The notes beneath the pieces are model-generated. The model had not been told where the DNA came from and did no database searches. It saw only the letters and a list, made by a program, of their open reading frames with translations. A program made the translations under genes and the position numbers. 64,000 nt of DNA from Leptospira sp. (GTDB taxonomy: Bacteria > Spirochaetota > Leptospiria > Leptospirales > Leptospiraceae): positions 96,001-160,000 of the forward strand of contig JAWXAQ010000030.1 in assembly GCA_034439575.1 (NCBI GenBank), written 5' to 3'. Each line of letters begins with the position of its first letter. Position 1 is the first letter of the stretch. Of the stretch, positions 21,397 to 31,475 are shown piece after piece.

Positions 21397-21631
21397 TTTA
21401 TCCTCCGAACGAAACATATTTAACACATTTACGCCATTTGTATCATTTCTATGCTTTTTTGAACCAGTGTCAAGATTTTTGGCAAAAAATTTCCAAAAAA
21501 ATAGCCCATTATGTCCAATTTTTGTTCCCTAAATCTTCGATTCCAGTCCTCTCGTTGATTAGGAACTATGGATAAGGTTTGCCAAATTAGGGAAATCCTA
21601 AGAATCTCTTAACATAGTAAAGGCGGGCCAA

Positions 21632-22114
21632 TTGTTATCTAAAACCATATTCGCATTTCTTATCTTAACGTTTTCCCTAAATATAACTTCTGTATATGCA
21701 GAGTCCAAAAAGAAAAAAACGGAACCTTCTGGAAATCAAGAATTGCTCTTGGAGACTCTTGGCACAGTTTCTGTCCAAGGTTTATATCTCAGTTATATGG
21801 CGATGGGAAGTTTATCTGATGGATTTGTGGTCCAAAGTTATGATACAGAAACAACAAAAATCGTAATGACCACTTATATAAATCTTGCGAGCACTTGCAA
21901 AGACCAGTTAAGCAAACTTACATTAGATGGAAACCTAAGTAAAGAAGATAAAAAGATATTAAAGGAAATAGAAGTTTCCTATGGGTATCTTATCGCACAA
22001 GGGAATGCCTTGTTAAATTATATCCAATCTGGTAGCGAAGAAGAACTCACAAAATTTGAATTCAATAGGAAACAAGCAGGAAACAAAATTGATCAATTAA
22101 TCAATGCTAAATGA
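21632..22114 (+). CDS. Secreted hypothetical helical protein
   Basis: Signal peptide ending in VYA; 160 aa. Confidence 0.7.
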   Translation: MLSKTIFAFLILTFSLNITSVYAESKKKKTEPSGNQELLLETLGTVSVQGLYLSYMAMGSLSDGFVVQSYDTETTKIVMTTYINLASTCKDQLSKLTLDGNLSKEDKKILKEIEVSYGYLIAQGNALLNYIQSGSEEELTKFEFNRKQAGNKIDQLINAK

Positions 22115-22134
22115 TTGGCGAACATAGTTTAATT

Positions 22135-23220
22135 TTATGATTTGGGAGAAACTATTTTTCGTAAATCCTTCCAAATTTTTAAAAATATCAGAGTCCATAT
22201 AAACATCATAATGGAAAAAAATAAACTCGCAAGATTTGGATTTTGTAAGGCGGTCGAAAGAATGGAAACTATTTCTTTTCTAAGGAGAATGAAATGAGTA
22301 GTTCGTGTTATAATGCCATAGATTAAAAATAAAGAGAGCGCATACTGACTGAGATCTAGAAATAAAAATTTCCAAAGTTGATTCAATAGATTTAGACTAT
22401 CAACTTTAGAACAGGATTGAAAAAATAAATACATGAGTTCTATGACGCAAGTCGTCAAAAAAACAAAAGTCAAATTCCAATTTGTTTTATTGGGAGGAAA
22501 TTCAAGATATAATACGAATCCGACTGCTAAGTAAAAAATGAATTTCCAAATGATTCTATAAATAGAATTTTTTTGACTCTCTTGGTAGGCAGCAAAAGCG
22601 CCTAAACTAACAGATAACAAAGCTGAAATAGAAGTAATGAAACCTTCTGGATCATAAAATTTTGTTTCATTCCATAAATGTTCACCAAACAAAAACCTAT
22701 CCAATTTGGCACCGATCGTATCTTTTATCGGAATTGGTATAAAACTAAAATGGGAAAAAGCATAATTCCAATGTACATTGATAATTGATATTAAAATCGA
22801 AATGCTTATGATCCAATAGAATGTTTTTTTTACACCAAAGTATTTTAAACTCATGGCAAAAATAAAATAACAAAAGCCGATTCTCTGCAAAACTCCCGGT
22901 ATCCGGAAATGTTCAAAATCAAACTTGGGAAATAAAGAAAGAAAAATCCCGAGGCCAATCAGTATGAAAGATCGATAGAATATTTTTAATGTGTAATTAT
23001 TGTTAGTTTGAATTTGATTTTTTTGGAATGATAAAAGAATACTATATCCGACTACCCATAAAAAAATGGGAAATACAATGTCTGCAACTGTGATACCATC
23101 CCACTTCGCATGTTTAAGTGGTGAATACATATTTCCCCAAGAGCCAGGGAGATTGACTAGTATCATCAAGAATACAGCTAAACCTCGCAAATGATCTAAA
23201 GCTGAGTTTCTAATTGACAT
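22135..23220 (-). CDS. Heparan-alpha-glucosaminide N-acetyltransferase-like (NagX/DUF5009) membrane protein
   Basis: 'LDHLRG...MILVN.PG', 'HAKWDG.T.AD.VFP.F', 'RIPGVLQRI', 'DPEG'. Confidence 0.85.
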   Translation of the reverse strand: MSIRNSALDHLRGLAVFLMILVNLPGSWGNMYSPLKHAKWDGITVADIVFPIFLWVVGYSILLSFQKNQIQTNNNYTLKIFYRSFILIGLGIFLSLFPKFDFEHFRIPGVLQRIGFCYFIFAMSLKYFGVKKTFYWIISISILISIINVHWNYAFSHFSFIPIPIKDTIGAKLDRFLFGEHLWNETKFYDPEGFITSISALLSVSLGAFAAYQESQKNSIYRIIWKFIFYLAVGFVLYLEFPPNKTNWNLTFVFLTTCVIELMYLFFQSCSKVDSLNLLNQLWKFLFLDLSQYALSLFLIYGIITRTTHFILLRKEIVSILSTALQNPNLASLFFSIMMFIWTLIFLKIWKDLRKIVSPKS

Positions 23221-23225
23221 CTAAC

Positions 23226-24107
23226 CTAAATAAAACGACCATGTAGATCGAAATTGTTCAATAAAAACAAAAGTGTTGTTTCTTCACTTTCGTCGATCAA
23301 GGCTCCGTTTCCTTTTATATAAGATACAATATCAGAACGGTCTTCGGCTTTGACTTTTACTAGTTCGCGTAACATTTGTGAGAGTCTGTTTCCATTTCTA
23401 TCTCTGGGAGGTAAATGCTTTTCATTTTCAATCACAAATTCTGATTTGATCTTATTGCAAAAGTTATCCCAAACTTGCACAGAATCCAATATTAGTTTCA
23501 ATTGATTTCTTTTTACCAATTCGGTTTCATCACCATCTTTTGCACCTGATACCATCATCATTTGCAAATAATAATAGAGAGTCGGGCTATTGAGAAGAAT
23601 TTTACGAATTTCATTTTCACGTAGATTGGAAAAAATTCCAAGCAAGGCATTCATAGTCATAGAATTTTGTTCTAAGAGATCAAAATAAGCTTCCCATGTT
23701 TGTGGATCTAAATTTGCAAGTAGGTGAATTTTTAAGGTAGGATCTTTATCCATTTGTTCTGCCAAAGATAAAACGCGCAAACTTTGTTCAGAATTTAGCA
23801 TATTTTTAATATCTCTAAAATAGGCTGTAGAGTCAAAATTCCCAGACATGAATTGTTTACCAAAACCGAAGTAGATAAATTTCAAAATCAGATCTGCTGA
23901 GAATTTAGGGGAATTGAAAAGTGAAATGGTTTTTTCTTCGCTTCGACAAAGCCAAAGGTATTCAAAAACTAAATCAGCAAATCCATCATCTGACTCCATT
24001 TGAGCCACCCATTCGATGATGGAATCATTTTCATACAAATGCTCAAATAGATTGAGTAGTTCGTTTGGTGATGCATGTTTCCAGAAGTCTGATTCTTTCC
24101 AACGCAT
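23226..24107 (-). CDS. Conserved hypothetical protein
   Basis: 293-aa helical ORF co-oriented with its neighbour; no motif recognised. Confidence 0.75.
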   Translation of the reverse strand: MRWKESDFWKHASPNELLNLFEHLYENDSIIEWVAQMESDDGFADLVFEYLWLCRSEEKTISLFNSPKFSADLILKFIYFGFGKQFMSGNFDSTAYFRDIKNMLNSEQSLRVLSLAEQMDKDPTLKIHLLANLDPQTWEAYFDLLEQNSMTMNALLGIFSNLRENEIRKILLNSPTLYYYLQMMMVSGAKDGDETELVKRNQLKLILDSVQVWDNFCNKIKSEFVIENEKHLPPRDRNGNRLSQMLRELVKVKAEDRSDIVSYIKGNGALIDESEETTLLFLLNNFDLHGRFI

Positions 24108-24199
24108 ACCATAAAAGTAGAACTTTTCTAAGAAAGAGTCAAGCGATAAGAAGGAAAGAAAATATTAAATGCGAATATTAGTTCATTTTTATAAATGAA

Positions 24200-24592
24200 T
24201 TAATTCTCTTCTATCCAAACAGCATGTACAGTATCAAAGTATTCTTTAACGTTTTTAATCTTTCCCTCTTGAAGGGTAAATAAAAAATGATAATGATTAT
24301 TATATGATTTACCATTCGATTTACGTTTTGCATGCGATTCGGCAATCACACTCACTCGGTTTTCTTCTGATGTCATTTCACCTAACGTAAATTTAAACCC
24401 ATCAAAAGCACGGAAAATCATTTTTAAGCCCATACTGATTTTTCGTTTATCATAATTTCCTGATACAGGAATATTTCCGAGTATCCACCAATCTAAATCT
24501 TCGGCGAATAATTCAAAGGCTTCGCTCATCTTCTGCTCGTTTAAATAACCAAAAAACTTACCTATTAACTCTTTGTTTGTATTTGTATTCAT
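24200..24592 (-). CDS. SnoaL/NTF2-like (ketosteroid isomerase-like) protein
   Basis: 'GKSYNNHYHFLFTLQEGKIKNVKEYFDT'. Confidence 0.85.
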   Translation of the reverse strand: MNTNTNKELIGKFFGYLNEQKMSEAFELFAEDLDWWILGNIPVSGNYDKRKISMGLKMIFRAFDGFKFTLGEMTSEENRVSVIAESHAKRKSNGKSYNNHYHFLFTLQEGKIKNVKEYFDTVHAVWIEEN

Positions 24593-24605
24593 CGATATCC
24601 TCTTT

Positions 24606-25166
24606 TTATTTTTTTCTTAACACACAAACTTTCATTTGCTCTTTCATTCTATCTATGACTTTACGATCTTTCGTTAAAGAATATAAACGTAGTCCACCTA
24701 GATACAACATATACAATTCTAAACTTAAGGATTTTAATGGATCTGATTTTAAGTCCGATTTGAATCTATTAATGCAAGTTTCTATGGTTTCTAAAACATG
24801 CTGTACTGCTTTGTTTCGATACATATCAAATTGGGGAAGATGGGAAACTTCACCAGAAAAAAGTGCAATAGGACAATCCTTTCTGGATGAGTTTCTTTGG
24901 TTTCTAAGTACAAAATTTACCCATTTTTCAATGAAATCATCCAAACTATTCGCCTTGTCCAATACCTTCAGCATAACAATGCCTTGTTGGATAGACAAAT
25001 AATCCAAATATTCAAAACCAATATGATCTTTTGATTCAAAGTGATCATATAGTGTTTTTTTGTAGGCACCTGCTTTTTCTAAAATTTCAGAAATCCCAGT
25101 CGCTTGGTATCCCTTTTCTCTGAACAGGGTGAAAGAACTTTCCAATATTTTGTCTTTTGGCTTCAT
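24606..25166 (-). CDS. TetR/AcrR transcriptional regulator (NemR/ComR-like)
   Basis: HTH 'GYQATGISEILEKAGAYKKTLYDHFESK'; 'DCPI' in the C-terminal domain; ATG at 25166. Confidence 0.9.
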   Translation of the reverse strand: MKPKDKILESSFTLFREKGYQATGISEILEKAGAYKKTLYDHFESKDHIGFEYLDYLSIQQGIVMLKVLDKANSLDDFIEKWVNFVLRNQRNSSRKDCPIALFSGEVSHLPQFDMYRNKAVQHVLETIETCINRFKSDLKSDPLKSLSLELYMLYLGGLRLYSLTKDRKVIDRMKEQMKVCVLRKK

Positions 25167-25174
25167 ATTTTTTG

Positions 25175-25225
25175 TAGACCGATCAGTACACTTTTGCAAT
25201 ACCAGTTATTAGACCGATCGTTTCA
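25175..25225. promoter_or_regulatory. Two TetR (NemR-type) operator-like sites
   Basis: TAGACCGATCAGTACA (25175) and TAGACCGATCGTTTCA (25210), close to the palindrome TAGACCGATCGGTCTA; between the divergent tetR and hydrolase genes. Confidence 0.7.
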
Positions 25226-25276
25226 CTATTTCGGATTTAAAAATCCAGTAGGACAAATTTTCACGGGAGAAAAAAA

Positions 25277-26224
25277 ATGTCTAACACATCTTTTCAAATC
25301 AAAGCGAGAGATGGATATCTTCTCACTTGCACATATTTCGAAGCTTCAAATTCGAAGGCTCAAATTGAACAAGTAATTATGATATATCCAGCAGTGGGTG
25401 TCAAACGTGGATTTTATGGACCACTGGCAAAATATTTATCCCAATCAGGATTTCACGTTTATACTATTGATTATCGTGGAATGGGAGATTCAGGCGATCC
25501 AAAATTAGTAAATGATGGGATGTATACTTGGGCCACTTTAGACATGAATGCATTGCAAATGTATGTAAGCGAAAAACATAAAAAAGCAGATTATCATATC
25601 ATTGGGCATAGTGGAGGTGGCTGGTTACTTGGATTTATAAAACCTCTGGCAAATTTAAAAAGCTTAACATTCTTAAATGTTGGTGATGGATATTTCAACT
25701 CTTTCCCTTTTCCTAAAAATTTACAAATTTATTTATCTTGGAAATTTTTAATCCCATATGCGATTAAAAAACATGGAGTATTGCCAACTAGCAAAAGTTA
25801 TTATGGAACTACTTTGCCGAAAAATATAGCCTTGGATTGGGCCACATACGGATTAAAAAAAGATTTTATCGAAGACTTCTCATTGAACCCTCGCGGTGCC
25901 TATCTCTCTGCTTATATGATTCCGAAACTAGCAATTAGTTTTTCTGATGATGAGGTTTTGGGAATTAAATCTATCAAATCCATATTAAAAAAACTAGACG
26001 CCAATGATTTAACACATGTTCATGTTCAACCTAAAGAAATTGGTGAAAAAGAAATGGGACACTTCGGATTTTTGAAACCAGGGCAAAGAAAAAATTTATG
26101 GCCAAGACTTGTAGAATGGATTCAAACGGGAAAGTTTCCCCAAGTCAAAATTGAAACAACTGCTAATTTAGAAATGAAATCCGTTAGAACAAAAATTCTG
26201 AAAGAAAGAACACAAATTAATTAA
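25277..26224 (+). CDS. Alpha/beta hydrolase (COG4757-like)
   Basis: 'DYRGMGDS', nucleophile 'GHSGGG', 'SDD', 'GHFGF'. Confidence 0.88.
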   Translation: MSNTSFQIKARDGYLLTCTYFEASNSKAQIEQVIMIYPAVGVKRGFYGPLAKYLSQSGFHVYTIDYRGMGDSGDPKLVNDGMYTWATLDMNALQMYVSEKHKKADYHIIGHSGGGWLLGFIKPLANLKSLTFLNVGDGYFNSFPFPKNLQIYLSWKFLIPYAIKKHGVLPTSKSYYGTTLPKNIALDWATYGLKKDFIEDFSLNPRGAYLSAYMIPKLAISFSDDEVLGIKSIKSILKKLDANDLTHVHVQPKEIGEKEMGHFGFLKPGQRKNLWPRLVEWIQTGKFPQVKIETTANLEMKSVRTKILKERTQIN

Positions 26225-26241
26225 TTTCCCAGTATATTGAT

Positions 26242-26281
26242 TGGGACTAGGAAATTCAAATTTTTCTAGTCCCATTTTTTT
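26242..26281 (+). terminator. Rho-independent terminator
   Basis: TGGGACTAG...CTAGTCCCA stem followed by a T run, just after the hydrolase stop. Confidence 0.8.
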
Positions 26282-26418
26282 ATTTAAGGTAGTTCTTTAA
26301 ACTACTAGAATAATAGATTAATTGGAATTTTAAACCATTGATTAGTAGTCTCATAGACATCATTTCATCTATTTGTAAAAAATTGTTCACTCAATCCTAA
26401 TTATTTGTAATTTAGCAT

Positions 26419-28008
26419 TTGCCAAACTATGACTCAGATTTCAAAGTACGATTGGGAGATTCCATATTGAAATCATTATTCCTTAAATACTATCCTTTTC
26501 TCCTTGTTATTTTTCCATGTTTACTTGCAGAACTGCTTGGAGCATTAACCGTATTTTCAGGCAAATATTTGATTGCCGAATATCTTCTTCGTTTGCCAGA
26601 ACGAAGTATGGAAATGAGCAGGTTAGAAATTTCGCTCATTATTATATTGGAAATTACCTATGTAACTAGCAGCCTACTTTTTCTATTACCCATATTTAAA
26701 GTTTATAAAAATTTAAATACCACAGATACAGATTTGTTATTAAAAGCAAAAACTAGAATCTATAATTTCCCTGCCTTTTTAATCATTTCTGTTTGGATAT
26801 TGAATGTATTGGAACATTGTCTTTTCCTTTTTCTAAAACCAGAATTTGTTAAAACGATACCATTTAGTTTTATCGCTTTGGTTTCAACAATCGTTACTGC
26901 AGTGATCATTTATTATTCATGTGAATTTTTAAATCGTTTTGTATTAATTCCCCATTGGTTTCCCGATGGGAAGATAAAAGTAAAATGGAAAATTCATGTG
27001 CCTTCCCTATTCCTGCGTTTTGGTGATACATTTCTCGTGAGTGGTATATTGCCAATTATTGCCATTTTAGGCATTCTTCTTTTGACTTTGTCGACAGGTG
27101 TCCATGATGAAAAAGAACTAGAAAGAATATTTTATGTTTGTTTGGTTGTGGGTGGTATTTTTTGGACATTAGGTGGACTATTAACCTTTCTAAACAGCAA
27201 AACTTTTTTATCACCTATTGCCTCTATGCAATCTGCATTAACTGAATTTTCTGAAGGAAAATTTGCAACTCGCATCATCGTTCATAGTGATGATGCCTTA
27301 GGTGTTTTGGAAGCCGCCGTAAATCAAATGGGCGAAGAGTTAGAAGAAAAAGAAATTATAAAAACCATTTTTGGACATTATGTATCCCCTGCAGTTCGGG
27401 ATCTAATACTTGGTGGAAAAGTAAATACCGATGGAGATCGCATTGAGGCTGTTATTTTATTTACTGATATTCGTTCTTTCACAGCTTTATCAGAAAATCA
27501 CGCACCGGAAAGAATTGTAAAATTATTAAATATTCACTTCACTCGTATTGTTGATATTGTTAGTCGCAATGATGGCTTTGTGGATAAATTTATTGGTGAC
27601 GCCGTAATGGCAGTGTTTGATGAAGAACTAACACGTGGACATCATAGGCTATCAGCACTACGAGCAGCGGCTGGTATATTAAAAGAATTGGAAGATACGA
27701 ATACAGAAATTGCAGAGCTTGGTTTCGCACCGATTAAAATTGGCATTGGTATGGCAGCAGGACCAGTAATACGCGGGAACATAGGTTCTGAGAATCGACG
27801 TGAGATGACGGTGATTGGTGATACAGTCAACTTAGCCAGCCGATTAGAATCAGCGACAAAAGAATTCGGTAGTCCCATCCTTATGACAGAATCTTCTTTT
27901 GATACGGCCTGTGCCGATTTTAAATTGATAAAAAAAATATCTGAAGAGGCACTTAGCATTCGCGGGAAGTCTAATTTAGTAAGAGTATTCGCATTGGATC
28001 TTGCATAA
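26419..28008 (+). CDS. Membrane adenylate/guanylate cyclase with HAMP domain
   Basis: About 6 TM helices, HAMP, 'LFTDIRSFT', 'DKFIGDAVMA', 'IGDTVNLASRLE'. Confidence 0.92.
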   Translation: MPNYDSDFKVRLGDSILKSLFLKYYPFLLVIFPCLLAELLGALTVFSGKYLIAEYLLRLPERSMEMSRLEISLIIILEITYVTSSLLFLLPIFKVYKNLNTTDTDLLLKAKTRIYNFPAFLIISVWILNVLEHCLFLFLKPEFVKTIPFSFIALVSTIVTAVIIYYSCEFLNRFVLIPHWFPDGKIKVKWKIHVPSLFLRFGDTFLVSGILPIIAILGILLLTLSTGVHDEKELERIFYVCLVVGGIFWTLGGLLTFLNSKTFLSPIASMQSALTEFSEGKFATRIIVHSDDALGVLEAAVNQMGEELEEKEIIKTIFGHYVSPAVRDLILGGKVNTDGDRIEAVILFTDIRSFTALSENHAPERIVKLLNIHFTRIVDIVSRNDGFVDKFIGDAVMAVFDEELTRGHHRLSALRAAAGILKELEDTNTEIAELGFAPIKIGIGMAAGPVIRGNIGSENRREMTVIGDTVNLASRLESATKEFGSPILMTESSFDTACADFKLIKKISEEALSIRGKSNLVRVFALDLA

Positions 28009-28026
28009 GCGCATGAGCAAATAAGA

Positions 28027-29169
28027 ATGAAAATTTCTAGAAAAAAATTGATTTTAAATTCTCTCATTGGTGCTCTTGGCATTGGCGTTTCCTCATTTAT
28101 CGCAAAATTATTTTTATCAAATCAACGAGAGAGTACTAAAATCATGAATCCATCTTCTATTAAAAGTATTGTCCAAATGGGTTTCCAATGGCAAACTGCA
28201 GATCCATTTTTATTTTGTGTGCATCATGAAGATTTTTACCCCAAAGGAAATGCGATCATGGGCCCGAATTCTCCCCTTTCTGGTAGAAATATTGGCCAAG
28301 ACTTTACTGTAAAAGATGGCTTTCGAATGTATCATGGAGAAAAAATTCCAGGTTTCCCAAGTCATCCGCATAGGGGATTCGAAACCGTAACAGTTGTTCG
28401 TTCAGGTGTAGTTGATCATTCGGACTCAATGGGTGCAGTGGGAAGATATTCAAATGGTGATGTGCAATGGATGACAGCTGGATCAGGCGTTCAACATTCA
28501 GAAATGTTTCCTTTGTTAAGTGAAGAAAAAGAGAATACTTTGGAATTATTTCAAATATGGTTAAATTTACCCAAAAAAAATAAAATGGTGAATCCTCATT
28601 TTACTATGTTATGGAATGAATCTATCCCCAAATTAGAATTTAAAGATAAAAATCAAAAATCCACCTTTATCGAGTTAATTGCTGGTAAAATTGGAGATAC
28701 TAGTCCACCTCTTCCCCCACCTGATTCTTGGGCAGCAGATCCCGAAAACTCTGTGCAAATTTGGATTATTAAAATGCAAGCAGGTGCTAGTTGGAAATTG
28801 CCTGCACATCAAGCGGATCTGAATCGAAATCTTTATTTCTACAGAGGAACCAATTTGCAAATTGAAGGCCAAAGTATTCCAGAATATCATAAAACCGAAT
28901 TAGAATCCCATCATGAGATTAGTTTATTTAACGCTAGTTTGGAGGAAATACAATTACTATTATTAGAAGCACGTCCCATCAAAGAACCAGTGGTTCAGTA
29001 CGGACCATTTGTTATGAACACTCGGCAAGAAATTGAAGAAACTTTTGCAGACTTTCAAAGAACACAGTTTGGTGGTTGGCCGTGGAAATCTTCTGAGCCT
29101 GTTCATGATCGGAAACAAGGTCGTTTTGCAAAACACGCGAATGGCAAGGAAGAATTTCCTTCCGCTTAG
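28027..29169 (+). CDS. Pirin family protein
   Basis: 'HPHRGFETVT', 'HSDS', 'WMTAGSGVQHSE', 'QIWLNLP', 'YGPFVMNT'. Confidence 0.93.
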   Translation: MKISRKKLILNSLIGALGIGVSSFIAKLFLSNQRESTKIMNPSSIKSIVQMGFQWQTADPFLFCVHHEDFYPKGNAIMGPNSPLSGRNIGQDFTVKDGFRMYHGEKIPGFPSHPHRGFETVTVVRSGVVDHSDSMGAVGRYSNGDVQWMTAGSGVQHSEMFPLLSEEKENTLELFQIWLNLPKKNKMVNPHFTMLWNESIPKLEFKDKNQKSTFIELIAGKIGDTSPPLPPPDSWAADPENSVQIWIIKMQAGASWKLPAHQADLNRNLYFYRGTNLQIEGQSIPEYHKTELESHHEISLFNASLEEIQLLLLEARPIKEPVVQYGPFVMNTRQEIEETFADFQRTQFGGWPWKSSEPVHDRKQGRFAKHANGKEEFPSA

Positions 29170-30419
29170 TATTTGTTATAGTATGCACTTTGAAGGATAG
29201 AATCGCAGATTCTTCCTTTCGCACCCGTGTTTATTTTTAATAATTGATTACTCGTATGAGGAATGGCGATGATATTACCCTCAGGCGTGACTACTCCATC
29301 ACCCCATTTATTACCACCACTTATGGATGTTTCCAATAATGACATTAGGTACGTTTCACTATTGATCACTAAAATATTAGAAATATCAGATGGGAATGCA
29401 TAGACATTGCCATCAGGTCCAAGAGATGCACCCCTCCATTTGGAATTTGCTTCGATCGGGGTTTTAATAGAAAACATAGCATTTGTTTCTGGATCCAAAA
29501 TTAACAAATAATTACTATTAGATGGGACAAAAAGAATTTTCCCATTCGGAAGCAAAACTCCATGCCGCCACTTCCCAGTTCCAGAAATAGTTACATTAAG
29601 CATACTTACAGAATTAGATTCTGGATCAATAATAAGGATGTCATTGCCATCAACGGGGATTCCATAAATTTTTCCATTTGGGGCAAGGACAGCTCCTTCC
29701 CAAAGATTAGTTTGCGAAGTCGTAAAAGGGATAAGGCTAGTTGAGTTGTCTGATGGATCAATCACCAAAATTGAATTAACAGAGATAGGAATGGCGTATA
29801 TTTTTCCATTAGGTGCAAGAATACCTCCTCTCCATTTATTTGATCCACTTAATGGACTCACAATATATTCGCTAGTTCCTCTTTCTGGATCAAAAACTAA
29901 AATAGAATCTGCATTTCTAGGTATTGCGTATATTTTTCCGTTAGGTGCGAGCACTCCCCCTTCCCATTTTCCGGAACCAGACAAGGATATTGGCAATACA
30001 TTTATATTATCTATTGTTGAATCATAACTTAATATTGAATCTTCATTATAAGGTATTCCATATATTTTTCGATTTTTACCCATCACTCCGCCTAACCATT
30101 TTGCAACATTGGATACTGGAGAATCTAAGGTCGAGAAAGACGTTACCTCCTTTCCGAGAGCTGACTGTTTATATAGTTCTCTTTGTACATACTTCCATTT
30201 TTTTGGTTGAATCACTTCGAGTGTTGTTAATTGGCATATCCCTGGTAAACTTATTTTTGCTCCGCAATATGCAGATTCATCCTCTTGGATTAATTTTAAT
30301 GTAAAAATATTTTTATAATCATCGTTTGTCGGATCACAATTGTTTTTTAAATCCTCTGCTTGGCAGTGAGTTAAAAAAAATAATACTGCAAATAGAGATA
30401 AAATCTTTTGAGCTTTCAT
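29166..30419 (-). CDS. Beta-propeller repeat lipoprotein
   Basis: Lipobox 'FLTHC'; seven repeats of about 43 aa, 'W.GGVLAPNGKIYAIP....ILVIDP'. Confidence 0.85.
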   Translation of the reverse strand: MKAQKILSLFAVLFFLTHCQAEDLKNNCDPTNDDYKNIFTLKLIQEDESAYCGAKISLPGICQLTTLEVIQPKKWKYVQRELYKQSALGKEVTSFSTLDSPVSNVAKWLGGVMGKNRKIYGIPYNEDSILSYDSTIDNINVLPISLSGSGKWEGGVLAPNGKIYAIPRNADSILVFDPERGTSEYIVSPLSGSNKWRGGILAPNGKIYAIPISVNSILVIDPSDNSTSLIPFTTSQTNLWEGAVLAPNGKIYGIPVDGNDILIIDPESNSVSMLNVTISGTGKWRHGVLLPNGKILFVPSNSNYLLILDPETNAMFSIKTPIEANSKWRGASLGPDGNVYAFPSDISNILVINSETYLMSLLETSISGGNKWGDGVVTPEGNIIAIPHTSNQLLKINTGAKGRICDSILQSAYYNKY

Positions 30420-30578
30420 ATGAATTGATTACTTAATTAGTATAACACAATCTTCAATTAGCTTCGTCTTACCTTCCAAGTGAATACTGATTTTTTTATT
30501 ATTGGCTTAAGCATGAAGCCGAACTTAGCTTTTAAAAAATTTCGAAAACCAGATGTTTGATTGAGGGAAAGGGGAATA

Positions 30579-30675
30579 TGTGTTAGAGGGGGGATGCGGA
30601 ACTGCCCACGAGCCACTCCCCTCCACCCAAACTCGGGTGGGGGATCGATCGATTATCGGCCCTATTATGTCTCAT
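30579..30675 (+). repeat. REP-like intergenic element, family C, copy 1
   Basis: TGTGTTAG...GCCCACGA...CCCCTCCACCC...CTCGGG.GGGGGATCG...TATTATGTCTCAT; second copy at 38733-38827. Confidence 0.8.
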
Positions 30676-30723
30676 CAAATCCATTAAACTCCATACAATT
30701 TAAACCTTACCTATCAAAATATC

Positions 30724-31230
30724 TCAATCAATCTTCACTAAAAGAATTTTGAATTTTTTCCCATCTTCCGTTAAATTCGTGTTAACGTTTACAGTTTCCG
30801 TCTTAAACGTGCAGAATATTTGTTGGCAGATCAAATCATTGTTAAATTTTTTAGGATTCGAATTTGAATTTATTTCTTTCGATAATACGCTGAGTTTACC
30901 CTTGTAAGGTGACTTCGTATCGCTGGCCCTTGAGATCGTGAGATAAATGGAGATTTGATTTAATGTTTGAGTGCTACTATCTTCTCTAACTTTAATACCC
31001 AATTTATCCCATGCATAATACAATCCATCGTCTCGCGTTTCTTTAAGATCATATTTTCCAAAAATATTTTCGTAATCTTCAATTTTGAAAGAGACATTCA
31101 ACTTGTCATTGTTAACGTATACACCTTCCTCTTTGATATTGATACTAATATTCTTTCCGTTTATCTCTTTTGCAATCAAACCAAAAGTGAAAAGAAAAAT
31201 TAATGCTAAAAATAAATATTTATTCTTCAT
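30724..31230 (-). CDS. Secreted hypothetical protein
   Basis: Signal peptide MKNKYLFLALIFLFTFGLIA, GGAG RBS; flanked on both sides by REP-like elements. Confidence 0.75.
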   Translation of the reverse strand: MKNKYLFLALIFLFTFGLIAKEINGKNISINIKEEGVYVNNDKLNVSFKIEDYENIFGKYDLKETRDDGLYYAWDKLGIKVREDSSTQTLNQISIYLTISRASDTKSPYKGKLSVLSKEINSNSNPKKFNNDLICQQIFCTFKTETVNVNTNLTEDGKKFKILLVKID

Positions 31231-31321
31231 ACATAGCTCCATGAATTTCTGAAATTAAGTAATTCTATTTGAGAATTGTTTATTGTCCACTATCATATTT
31301 TTAGTAATGTTCTATATAAAC

Positions 31322-31412
31322 TTGGGCGTTCCCAATGGGATAGAATTTTCATTATTAATAGAATAAGGGTCGGGCTCTCCCTCAGGCACGGCCTCCGGTC
31401 GATCCCTAACGC
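31322..31412 (+). repeat. REP-like intergenic element, family D, copy 1
   Basis: TTGGGCGTTCCCA-(variable AT spacer)-GGGTCGGGCTCTCC...GGCAC.GCCTCC.GTCGATCCCTAACGC; second copy at 40390-40480. Confidence 0.8.
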
Positions 31413-31475
31413 ATTAGATTGTTACTTATAAGTAAATTCTGAATTTATTCAAATACTGAAATACGAATCTGAGAT

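Noticed and set aside
30561-30752. 63-aa ORF
   Set aside because: It is the translation of REP-like element C.
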